Shown here: positions 1-12,457 of the stretch, piece after piece | How the letters are laid out: the number at the start of each line of letters is the position of its first letter | Numbering within the stretch: position 1 is the stretch's first letter | Assembly: GCA_012295275.1 (NCBI GenBank) | Contig: CM022667.1 | Location: 21,948,001-22,012,000 of the forward strand | Length of the DNA stretch: 64,000 nucleotides | Reading direction: 5' to 3' | DNA from: Chrysomallon squamiferum | Lineage: Eukaryota; Animalia; Mollusca | Position numbers and translations under genes: made by a program | The notes under the pieces: generated by a model | Told to the model about the DNA's origin: nothing | What the model saw: the letters and a program-made list of their open reading frames with translations, nothing else | The model's database searches: none

Positions 1-684
1 AACCTACCTACATGTTTTTATTTATTCCTCCTTCCAAGAAAAAAGCTAGAACACACCCTCGCTCAAAAACAATCTTATGACCCCTCAAAAAAAGGCTGGC
101 AATCCCCAAGTTGAAAACCTGTGCTTTAAAGGATTAAAATGACAATCTATAATTTTATATAATCATACACTGAAGAACAAATTCTTAAGACAAAAATAAT
201 TTTAAAAAACCCAGTTTGCCTTTTTGTCAGAGCACCTTTGTTCTTTGGAAAAATCATATCTCCAAAAACTTATTTCAAAAGATGTTTATCAAATATGCAT
301 TATCTATTTAATAAAGTATTCTTTTTATGAAGATTTTAATAGAGGTAGACTCAGGTCTGTTTCACTAATAGATGAACAAGAGATCATTCCTGAGTCAGTG
401 TTGTCTTTTGTGAATATGTAATTTTTAAAAATTATTTTCAGTGTTTATTTCTGAAGAGTTATAGATATAGAGTTGTACCTGAGGGGTTATTTATCAGGCA
501 CTACCACTTCATTTCAAATGGCTATTAGTATTAATCAATAAATGCAGGTGTTATTTGTAAAACATAAGGCAGAATGTTAAAAAAGATAGGTCTAAATGTG
601 TATTTTAAATAATCTATTTGTAATTGACCATTTTCATTTCAGAATAGATATACAATTTGGTAAAGAACCTTCCAATCATATCTT

Positions 685-985
685 TATTATTTCTGTTGGC
701 TACAGATGATGAAGAATGCTGAAGATCTTTTTACTTGCGTTTCAAGCAGATGTTTGCTCAATTCATCAATAAAATAATTCAAATTTGTATACTTTTTAGC
801 CCTTGTTCTGATAAATTATAAATATATAATAAAAGGACAATTTTTTTATTTAAGACGTGAAAATGAATAATAAAAAACCAAGAATAAACAAATTAATAAT
901 TTTTCATGTAGATCATGCACCAAAGTAGATTTTGCTTGGTGCAGATCATTAGATTGAGTAGATCAAACACCAAAGTAGCACAGAT
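685..985 (+). repeat. Dispersed direct repeat copy 1 (~300 bp)
   Basis: TATTATTTCTGTTGGCTACAGATGA(T/G)GAAGAATGCTGAAG...CCAAAGTAGC is shared with 3498-3775. Confidence 0.8.
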
Positions 986-2082
986 TTTTTTGTTAAAGTT
1001 TGAGAGAAATATATTTATAAAGTAGGCTTTAAATCACTGTAATCCATTCTTTGTAATTATAGTTTTTATAATATATTTTTACTAAATTTATTATTATTAC
1101 TACTATTAAATCATTACTATTATTATTATCATCATTATCATCATCATTATTTTTTTATTATTATATTTTAATATTGTTTTGTGTTATTTTAAATTTATTG
1201 TGAAGTCATTTTGTTAGGATGCTTTATTAATATAATCTTTTCTTTTATTTTTTATATTTTTATTCTGTTATTTTTTTCAATCATGTGTGAAATGGTGTGA
1301 ATGAACATTTAAATTTTAATAATTTACAAGTGGTTTGAAAACATATTTTTATTATTATTATTATTCTACTTTTTAAATTCTTTTTTATTTTTATTTTTTT
1401 AATTTATTCTTATTTTAAATGTGAGAGATTTCTAAAGTAAGTTCAATATAAAAATTAAGATAAACAGATACATCATTTTACCAGTGTTTTTATGATTTTC
1501 ACATAAAAAATATTAAACTCATAAATGCCTGTAATTGAAAATGCAATATCCCATATAATTTTAGAAATATTTCCTAACAGTTGTTAAGAACTGATATAAA
1601 AAGAAGAAAGAGTCCCACAAAAAAACAAACATAATTGTTAAATATTAGAAGTATCTCAGCATTTTATATTAAATTTTTACTGCTATTTAAATATTACTCT
1701 TATTACTGTTATTATTTTTACTTTTCTTCTTCTTTATCTTCTTCTTATTATTATCATCATCATTATAAATTATTGTTATCATCATATTTATTATTATTAT
1801 TATTATTATTTTAATATTATTAGCCAACACAGGCACTTTAATTAATTAATTATTTGTATATTTATATACTTATTTATCTAATTTTTATTTATTTATTTAT
1901 TATTATTTAGTAATAATGATTATAATTCAATCACCATTTAATCATAATAATTATTGCTACTAAATAAAAAGTCATTTTAAAATGTCTATAAATATATAAT
2001 ATACAGATTAAGAAAGTTAAATGTAATAAAATCCATTGTTTAGAAAAACAATTACACTTTAGACATGAAACAGTTTCTTATA

Positions 2083-2093
2083 ATAATAATAAT

Positions 2094-2132
<39 letters not shown>

Positions 2133-2140
2133 AATAATAA
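2083..2140. repeat. (AAT)n(AAC)n microsatellite
   Basis: Direct reading. Confidence 0.9.
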
Positions 2141-3165
2141 ATTTAAAATTATATATATTTTTTCTATTATAAACAGTAGCAAAGAATCACTAATTCAATA
2201 TTATTTTTAAAAATATGTTTAATTTTACTAATATTATTGATGGAAAAATAATCTTTATCATATTTTTATCTGTATAGCCATTACTCCAGTAAATCTAGCG
2301 CACCATGTCATCTTGTAAGAATGAACTGTTTGATTCTTCAGTTTACATGAAACAGTACAATGAACTCTATACGAGAAAACCCCAAAAATAAAACTAAGAA
2401 GCAGATTTGTCACATACAAATTACTATTTAAACTGATGTGCTGATGGACTGCGCCAGTGTTATCTAAACCATATGGCTGAAAGTCACGTGTAGTAGCTGC
2501 ATTGATGGTATATAGATGTCACTGCCATTTTGCAGACAGGAGTTTATAGGGTGTATCGAAGGTCCCCATTGCTCATCGATCCCTTGTTTCCCCTATACCA
2601 CACACGATACTGGATACTGACAGAAAACGCGCATGCGACGTGACTGAAAACACGTGACAGAGAAGACGTGACTGAAAACACAAACACACACATTACCCTG
2701 GGAACAAAACAAACATGCAACAACAACATATATAATACATACATTATACACATCACATCAGACACAAAATTACAACATACAAACACAACAAAGATATACA
2801 ATGCTTGTATACAGCTATCATACAGGACAGAAAACATTACACTGCAGGAATCAAAACAATACATCACACAACACATAAATTCAGTACTCGCAGCAACGAC
2901 CACACTGGTCAGAAAGGACAGAGGGAAAGCCAAGGGGACACAAAACAGAGACAAATATACATCATACCTCCTTCGAAACAGAAAGCTGCAACAACGAACA
3001 TGATTATGGATTACCGTATATAAACTGATTTTATTAAAATCCTGACTTCATTAAAATAATAATAATAATAATCATCATCATCATCATCATCTGCTAAACC
3101 AGGAAAATATTCGTTTTAACGTAATACTTTCCAGCATATTTTCCAATTGGTCAAAATCACCAATA

Positions 3166-3176
3166 GGGGATTTCCC
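3166..3176 (+). promoter_or_regulatory. Candidate NF-kappaB site upstream of IRF
   Basis: GGGGATTTCCC fits GGGRNNYYCC, with CCAAT motifs just upstream (3143, 3160). It lies ~1.1 kb before the IRF ATG, which directly follows a splice acceptor. Confidence 0.45.
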
Positions 3177-3497
3177 TGCCTAAAAATAGAAATACTTCAA
3201 GGAAATCACACAAATCTGAGAAATGTATTGAAGTTTTTACTATTATTTTAAGTCATATCCTGTCTTTGTTTTATATTCTGATCATAACTGAATTACACCT
3301 CTATATAGTAAGTATAATAGACGTAAAATGAATCAATCCAGAAATGGCTTTTTAATTATGTGTAAACCAAGTCAGAGTTGTCAGGAATCGTAAGCAAGTG
3401 CTCAGGATCCAACCATATTATTATATATAGTATATATACATATTTTTAATAGTTTATCTTTCATCAAAATAACTTTATTTCTAATATAATTTTGATC

Positions 3498-3775
3498 TAT
3501 TATTTCTGTTGGCTACAGATGAGGAAGAATGCTGAAGTTCTTTTACTTGCGTTTCTAGCAGATGTTTGCTCAATTCATCGATAAAAGTATTCAAATTTGT
3601 ATGCTTTTTAGCCCTTGTTCCTGTAGGTTATAAATGTATAATAAATGGAAACTGTTTTTAATTAATGCTTTGAAATAAAAATAAAAATAAATAATAGTAA
3701 TAATAATTAAAATAGAATTTGCACGGTGTAGATCGCTAGATTGGGTAGATCATACGCCAAAGTAGCTTAGACTTT
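3498..3775 (+). repeat. Dispersed direct repeat copy 2
   Basis: Colinear with 685-985, with scattered substitutions and indels. Confidence 0.8.
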
Positions 3776-3822
3776 CTCTGTCCTTTCTGTATATTCTGTC
3801 TCTGTTAACACACACACAGACA

Positions 3823-4215
3823 TTTATTATTCTGTTTTTGCAATCTGAACACTGACATGCAAACATTAACTTACACCGAATATTCTTCTTATATTTGAAT
3901 AGGATTCCATTAAAAGTAAATCATAAAGAAAAAAATTACAGATTATATGAACTAAATGTTTTAACCTTTTTAAATAAAGATTATTTATTGATTGTTAATA
4001 TTTATTTATTTATTTATTTATTTATTATTTTGCAATCTGAACACCGACATGCAAACATTAACTTACACTGAATATTCTTCTTATATTTGAATAGGATTCC
4101 ATCAAAAGTAAATCATAAAGAAAAAAATTACAGATTATATGCACTAAATGTTTTAACCTTTTTTAATAAAGATTATTTATTGATTGTTAATATTTATTTA
4201 TTTATTTATTATTCT
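3823..4215 (+). repeat. Tandem duplication, 2 x ~195 bp, immediately upstream of the IRF first coding exon
   Basis: TTGCAATCTGAACAC(T/C)GACATGCAAACATTAAC...GATTGTTAATATTTATTTATT occurs twice, near-identical. The junction lies in (ATTT)n. Confidence 0.9.
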
Positions 4216-4250
4216 TTTGCTGTTGTTTTGGTTGTTGTTGTTTTCTGTAG

Positions 4251-4690
4251 ATGAGTGAAATAAAAAAGCGCCTGAAACCGTGGCTGGAGGAACAGATACA
4301 CAGTGGGCAGTTCCCTGGTGTTGAATGGATTGACAAGAAACAAAAAATATTTAAGTTACCATGGAAACATAAAAAGAAATATGATTGGAAAGAATCTGAT
4401 TTTCAGATTTTTAAGGTTTATGCTGTCAAATATAAATTGTTTTAAAAAAAATTATTTTGTGGTATCTTGAAGTGTACCTATAATGGTTTAAATAGTATTG
4501 TTTAATATTTGTTTCATAATAGTGATATTAGAAAACAAATTACACCTAAAGGTATATACAATACATATTTAGTCTATTTATTTGAATCACCAAAGTCTTT
4601 AAGAAATATGTGGAATAGGAAACAAATATATTAAAAATGATAAATTAAACGTAATAGTTAATACTAAAATGTATTCTTTTTTTTTTAAAA

Positions 4691-4756
<66 letters not shown>

Positions 4757-7700
4757 AGAAATCCACAATAATAATAAGAATAAGAAGAAAGAAAGAAATT
4801 ATACCACTAACAATAAATGTTATGAATGAATATAGCTGTTACCTTTTAGTAGTATGTTCCACAAGTTTTGTCATATACACTTTTCTCTAAAATAACTAAT
4901 AAAAACAGTTAGATTTGAGGTTGGCATCTACTAGAATTATTTCCACAAAACCATCATACTTGTTCAATTTTCAAGTACTTCAGATTCATCAAGATATTTA
5001 TGTATATATAACTTGGACAACTTGGGAATTTTTATTTATGGTTTTGGTTTGTAAATTCTTAATCCTTAATAAAAATTTTTTTTAAAGTAAACACTGTCAT
5101 TCTTTCTTACTTGAAGAAAGAAAAGTAATTACTATTTTCCTCAAGTATGTTATTTGAGCTTTGATAATGTCATAAACTCAGTAATGTTTTTTATTAGAAG
5201 ATTTAAAAGAAATAATTATAATTACAAAAAATTAATTAAAAACCCACAAATATAACAAGTATTTTCTTATGTTTTTGAAATTATTATTATTATTATTATT
5301 ATTATTATTGTTTCTATTATTTTGAATGTTATGTTACTGAATATATTTTATAAATTACTAAAGTAATTATTCTGTGTTTGATTTTAGGCTTGGGCTATCA
5401 ATACTGGTCGTTTCAAGGAAGGCAAAGATAGTGAAGAATGGGGAAAATGGAAACTATGTCTAAGAAATGCTCTACATAAACATCCATATATTAATGAATT
5501 AACCTGCAGGGAGGAACATTTGCAGGGATCTGATCCACATAGAGTATATCAGTTTCTTACAGGTTTGTTATTTTCATTTTTTGGTTACAAACTAGCTTAG
5601 AATAATAAATTAATATTTGTTTGTTTGTTTAAATACCTTCTGTATGTGCTGCTCTATATGCTATCAAAATTCTAATTCATTCTATTTTAATTAACTGAAA
5701 TATCCCCACTTTAATAAAATTAACATAGCTATACAGTACATAAATAAAATACTCCTACTTTAAATACTAAATACCTTTACTTTAAGTAACTAAAATACCT
5801 GCACTTAAATAACTAAAAGACTCCCACTTCAGATAATTAAAATATTCTCTCTTTAAGTAACTAAAATAATTATATGTGTTTAGGGTTTACATACTTCAAA
5901 AACTTTGCCCTTAAAACAAAAGTGTAGTAAACAGTCAAAAATATTTTAGAATTATGTAAATTATAGCAGTGTAACAGACCTTTTAATTATATTCATAAAT
6001 GTTTTCTAAATATTCAGAAATGGATGGGGAGCAACCTGATTTTCCAGTCTGCGAGTACAGTGATGATCAACTAAATGACCAGGTATGCAAGTAAAACAAA
6101 TTAACTTATCAGTGTTTTAAACATTGTTTCTGAACAGCACAGTAAAATAATTTTTTGGGATTTCTGATGAATTAAACATTTAGACAGTTAAGTTTATATG
6201 TAGATCACTTTGGTCAGAGATTTTCAAGCTAATATGTGTACCTCAGGGAGTACATGAACATAATGGCAGATGCAGAAAGTAACAACAGAAGGTCCCTTAA
6301 AGAATGACGATCATTCTTGTCTCAACAAATAGCCCTTACTGTTGTATTTTCCTTTCTTTATTTTTTAAAATCATATTAGAATAAGTGTAGATCATTTCAG
6401 ATCAAATTTTGCAATTTCCTTTAGACAAAATGTGTAAACAAATGTTTAAAAAAATAATAATAATAATACAGTGTTTTTAATTTTAATTCTATCTTAGTTA
6501 CAATTTATAATTTTCTATTATATTTTATCCAATTAAAATATATTTCCCTCACATATTAAATGATCATGCTGAAGCATGATAATTGGAAACATCCATGTAC
6601 ACATCAACCAAATTTAATATATTCTTTTCAAGTTTGAAAATCTCTGACTTAGCTGACTAGATAGTGTGACGTGTAAACATAATCCTCATAAATCGATTGA
6701 TTACAGCTGATCTGGTATTATTGCAGATTATACTGTTCAGTGACATGGTGCATAATTAATCAAACAAATTAGTATAGGTAGTTATTTAACTAAACAGATT
6801 TTAGAATTTTCAGTTTTCACATATGAAAGGATATAGTCAATAAATGATTTCATTAGAATTTCCCCATGTTCCAAATCAATGCTAGAATAATTATTACTTG
6901 TCACTAATAAAAAAAATTATCATTTATTTTTATGCCTGAATATTAATTTTTGCTAGATTTTCTTACTGTTTTTGTTTTCTTATTGTTTTAGCCAAATATT
7001 CCAACTGTTGTCTTGGATAAATTGTCTGTTACTGGTATGTATTTTTAACTATAAAATGGTTTACTAGTATACAGATCATAGTTTTTTTTTTTTATCAGAA
7101 ATACATTTTAGAAAAAGATATTTTTTGTTTAAAAAGAGATAAAAAAAGGGTGCAATATACTGGTCTTAAGTTGTCACAGTGACAAAAAAATAGTTTGAAA
7201 GTATCTGTAAGTAACTTCAGTAATTTATTTAGTAAGCTTATTTTGGCCATGTGATCTAATATGATTATATACTTTTTAACAAATACATTTTAAGCAACAA
7301 AAAAAAAAAAAAAAAAAAGTGAAATATCTATCTATATATATAAAGAGTTCTATTTATTTTGTTCATAATGCCATAGCTTGATGTTAAAGGTTATGTAAAC
7401 AAATTAGATGGTTTACCTTGACCAGATGCTGATAATATTCCCATTGCAACTGAAGAAACTGACATGGTCATGGAAACAGGTGAATAATTAGTAGCAGCAA
7501 AACTGATAGATCATTAAATAAACTGAAAAAAAGAGTTCACATTTATGTTGTTTAAGGCAATTAAAAATTCAAAGATTAGTGCACCATCTACAACTTTATC
7601 AAAAGCAATATGAATTTCCGTTTCTATGAAAAAGTCATAAAAAAGATGTTTTTCTGCTAATTGGTAAAACGTGGTTTAATGAATTGAAACATTATGTGTA

Positions 7701-10472
7701 ATTTAACATTCATCATTATTATTATAATTTACATCTTTATCATGTTCATCATGATTACTGTTAATGCTTTTATTTTCAGATGATAATTCTCTGACCACAC
7801 CAGCTATATTCCAGAATGATATGCAGACAGATGGCTGTGAAGACTCTACTCACAATACTGCTGTTGTTAGTTCTGGTTCCTTCCTTGACATTCTCAAAAA
7901 ACATAGAAAGGAAGATGGTTCTCTTTCACAACCACCAGGTTAATATTTTCTTTTTCTGTTCAATTTATTTCAAATTTATGTTTTAAGAAGTGAATTTGTT
8001 TTAGATACACCTAACCAAATAGTTTTAATCGTTTATAGAAAACAAAAAGATATTTAATTTTATTCCTGTCATGTTGTGGACAGAAACCTAAGTTAACATT
8101 CAATTTTATTTTTTATTTATTGGTTCCATTTGTTATGAACAGTTTTTTTTTTTACTGCTGAATTAAAATTTGCTGTTAATAAATTATGACAATTTAACAG
8201 TGATTATTTGAAGATTTATGAATGGTGAAATAAATAGAAATGGTGAAATCCAAGAATAACACTTAGGTAAAACTCAGTAAACCATTAGATTGATAGACAC
8301 AGTAATATAATATTCATGTATCTTAATTAGAACTGATTTAATATCTAATTTTACAGACAATCAGTTCATTATACAAATTAAATACAAGAGCAGGAAATTT
8401 GATCAATATGCGATAGGTTCTGAAGGCTGTCACCTGTTTTATGGTCCTGATGAAATTCTGCAGTATCAAGACGAGCACATCAAGGTACAGTCCATAACAT
8501 CAGTAAAAGAAGAAATGTCTTATTTAACAACACTCTCATTTCAAATGTACACTTCTGTGTCACATGTATGGTTAACAATACACAGAATAAATGGGTTATT
8601 GCAATATAATTTCAGTTAACTGCAGTAAGTCTTTAATTATTCACTTTCCCATATGTAGAAAATCACTAGTTGTGGAATGCTGTTTGGAAAGGTGAAATAA
8701 CCAAATAGGTTCAGTGAAGAGAACAACTGATCCTCTAGCCAAGCTCATCTCATCTGTTTAAAATATGGAGCGAAGCCCCATCATGGTCATGGTAATAGCT
8801 TACACAATCTGTAAAATGTCTCCTTCTTATGATTAGCTAAAAGCATATAACTGAAGATCACAATCACTTCCACATTTTTAACATAAAATTATACAATATT
8901 TTTATTTTTAGTCATTTGGAACTCCAACCAGGAAACCCATAACTTTTCCAGGAACAAACAGTCTGACAAATGAAAAACAAAAAAAAGTGACACAGAAGGT
9001 CTTGGATAATGTCACTGGCGGGCTTCTTCTTAAGTGTGTTGACAACAAGATTTATGCTTTAAGAAAATCCAAGTATGCACTTTCTATGGGGTTAACAGTC
9101 AGAGTAGAAACTGTTATGGAAAAAATGCTGCATATATGGAATAACAATTGAAACTGAGATGAAATCATTCTTTTAGTAAATAGTGACAAAAAGAGCAAAA
9201 TTTTATTGTTTTTTTTATTAGAAACAGCTACTGCTCTGTTGTTTTTATTAAGTTTGTTATATCTAAATAGTGGTGATAAAAACTGACTGTAATGCAAACG
9301 TAACATAGAAAAATTAAAAATTGTGATTTATGTCAGTTGTTTATTAGATTTAGACTTCATCAACATACCTGTTTGAATAGAATCTATTTTTATCTGTCCC
9401 CACACATACACACACATTATTAAATAAATAAATGAATCTTACTTTACGATCACTGACATAAAACAATAGAACACTATTCTCTTTGTCTTTTTTCAGGTCT
9501 AACATTTTTGTAGGATCAGCCAGCAGTTGTCCTAAAAAACTTGAACGAGATAGAGAAGAGAAAATATTTGATTTTGTCAGTTTTACTGAATGGTTGTTGA
9601 AATATGTGAAAAAAGAAGTAAGTGTTCATCCAACTGCAGATATTCTTATTGGATTTGGGCAGAATTGGAAACCAGAAGAAAATCCAGCTGATAATCTGTT
9701 GGTTTCAGTTTCATGTGTTAATTCTTTGGCACTGTTCCTTTTGACAGAGGTAAACAACCACAAAATACCCAAGAATTAAAATAACAATATGAGGGCAGAT
9801 ATCAATAACAACAGTGAAAATAAATGAATGAAAGTTTAACAAGCATTATATGAATGTTTAGTAAAATATTTAATGTGGAATTTTTGTTTTAAATTCTGTA
9901 TTAAATTTATTACCACTGCATAATTTCAACACTTCAATGTTTTTTAATATTAACCTTATTTCTTTCAAGATGTTAAGCAAATACTTTTTAATTATACAAG
10001 AGAGGAGACCAGAAACGGCCACTTTTGGTCAGTTAGGCACAGGAAATTTGTATGCTCGTTCCATATCCTTTGTTAAAAATGTTTTTGTTTTTTTTCTTAA
10101 ATATTAGTATATAAAAATAAAAAATTATTTTAAAAAAAGTATAAATCAGTCTGAGATTTTAATATTTTATGATCCTTTATAACAAAACAAACAAGCACAA
10201 AAAGCACTATCTGTATCACATAAAGAAGAAAGTACAAGAATTTGTTGTTGAGTTTATTTTACTGAGTGTTAATAAATATTCTAAGTTTTAAGATAAATTA
10301 GAACAAGAAGTAACATTCCAGTTGTTTGAAACTCTTTTAATTTCAGTTTGAACTTGTCAAGGCTGATGATCAGTCACTTCCTGATTCTTCTGAACTGCAA
10401 ATATCAGTCTCCAACAGCATGGACCACTACTGTCACTTACTGAAAGATCTACTTCAACTCTACCATGCTTAA
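4251..10472 (+). CDS. IRF: Interferon regulatory factor with N-terminal tryptophan-pentad DNA-binding domain and C-terminal IRF association (IAD/SMAD-FHA-like) domain, ~442 aa
   Basis: Phase-consistent GT-AG exons: 4251-4415, 5388-5562, 6018-6082, 6992-7034, 7426-7479, 7780-7938, 8357-8484, 8912-9072, 9497-9749, 10347-10472. The DBD has all five Trp (RLKPWL, VEWID, LPWKH, AWAINTG, KWK) and ends PHRVYQF. IAD motifs: GCHLFYG, GGLLL..NKIYALR, KLERDREEKIFDF, IGFGQNW. The small linker exons 3-6 are less certain. The paralog class cannot be assigned without a phylogeny. Confidence 0.93.
4706..4753. repeat. (CA)n microsatellite preceded by poly-A
   Basis: Direct reading. Confidence 0.95.
6215..6646. 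mobile_element. hAT-type MITE (432 bp) in IRF intron 3
   Basis: TIRs CAGAGATTTTCAAGCT / AGTTTGAAAATCTCTG (15/16 match), and a degenerate 8-bp TSD ACTTTGGT / ACTTAGCT (6/8). CAG...CTG ends and an 8-bp TSD are hAT hallmarks. Confidence 0.7.
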
Positions 10473-12457
10473 ACTAATACTACATCTTGTTAATTCCTCG
10501 ATGAAAATAAGTTATAAACAACCATCAATAAAATGGATTAAGTTATTAGTTATATCATTGCTATTCAGTATTTTCTTTTACGAAAATAATGAAATGTGAA
10601 ATGTAGCATGATTTTTCAAATGTTTAATAATTTTATTATAGAATTTTATGTCAGTATACTTGACAGGACTATTTGCATCTCTTGACTGAACAAAAATGAA
10701 AATATGAAAACAAAAGAATATGTCTATACATTCTTAATTAGAATTTTTATATTTATAAATGAACTGTATTAATTTATTAATGTTATATTTAGTTTTAAAT
10801 ACAAATGATTAATTTATACTTTTTAGTATGTAACTATTGAATTATTTATTTGTATTGTTTTCAAACAAATATTTGTAATTTTATTTCAAAGTGTCATTGT
10901 CCAATTCATTTTGATCTGATAGATTTTTTAGATCTGTTATTACCTAACAGATTAAACATTTTTGTAATTTAATATGCATTTATTCTTTTATTCATTTAAC
11001 TTAATTGTGCACCAGTATGGTGCAGCACCAGGCACTTTACATTGAGGGAGCCCATTTTCAGCTACTGGAACTCTCAGAAGAAGCGCTGTATGACACTAGA
11101 AGTAATCTACGGAGAACAGTATCATTCATAGTCACTGTGTAGTCAACAAGCAAATGAAAAAAAAGAACCCACTTAATTGTGCATTATGTAAGGGTTTGTT
11201 TTGGTTGAAAATATATGCTGAGTGAATCTATGTATATTTAGCCTACCTTATTATTAACTTTCAAACAAGTTTAATAGAAATCTTCTGCTGTTCAAAATTA
11301 CACAAGGGATTCAGTGTTCACAGAAAGAGGTTTTTTTCATGACATATTCCTTGGAAAACAACTACTTCTTCAAACATGAATTAATCTGAATTTCTGACTG
11401 ATTATGTACAGAAATGATGATAACAATTCCCAGTTACCATCTAGCAATAATCTGATAAATTAATATTTCAATTCACATTTTGAATGGCATCTCCAATCTG
11501 CCTCCTTTCTGCATCAAAACTCTTGCCATTGACCACATTATTTTCTGGATAGGTTATTCTATTGATTAACTTAATAGTAATAACTTTTTTATTCACTGTC
11601 AACAAAAAGACAGGAATCTTTGGAATGAATCATGCTTGTCTAATCAGTCTTGATTTAAATAAAATTACATAACTCATTACAGATAGCTAAACTGATTAGA
11701 AACATTCACCAAATTTAAACTCTCAAGGAATATAGACAATGCAATTAAATGTAATGTCTCATTGATGCTGGACAGTTAATAACTCATGATATGCACATGT
11801 GGTTGTCTTTTTAGTGCAGTTCATAATCTGTCATAATGGTTCATAAAATGTTAAAACATTACAACCAGCTAGAAAGACCATAACATAGAAACATCCTAGC
11901 CCAAAATTAACAAGTTATACTTTGGTATTTTTAGTTCAGTTTGATTACATTTATAAATTAATAGTACTTACTGTTGACCAGGTCTGATGGACCAGCATTA
12001 TTTTTAAATACTGAATTAAATTGTATTTTTTTAATTTTAGATATATTTTTTTTTTCTAAGAAAAGAGAAAGTACTTCAGTAGCTACAAAATTTAAAAATC
12101 AGAATTGTATGTACATCTTTTATAAAACAGAAAGGAACACTGAAGATTTTCTTCCATATATCATACAAGATTTGAAAAAGTTGTTTAACCACTGGAATCA
12201 CTGTCCATGTACTATAATTAACAAAATATACTAATAATGTATTTAAATGTATTAGTCCCAGAGCAGACAAAAATTATTTCCCGTTGTTTCATTAAAATTA
12301 GTACTGTTAAATGCTTTGTGTCAGTTAAGCTTGAAAATTAATCACATCTTAATGATAAAATATTAATTAATCCATGTTTATTACCACTGACATATATATA
12401 AAAAAAAGGTTGTTCCTTTTACATATCACTGATCACAGGTTAATAATGTCTTATTAA

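Noticed and set aside
1-125. Possible hAT MITE right end (CCCCAAGTTGAAAACCTGTG)
   Set aside because: The partner terminus lies outside the window, so it cannot be verified.
2544-3023. ORFs of 136, 111 and 72 aa
   Set aside because: Low-complexity products of A/C strand skew with no recognisable domain.
11005-11160. GC-richer island between IRF and MTG2 as a possible ncRNA
   Set aside because: No tRNA cloverleaf, snoRNA box pair or snRNA motif could be recognised.
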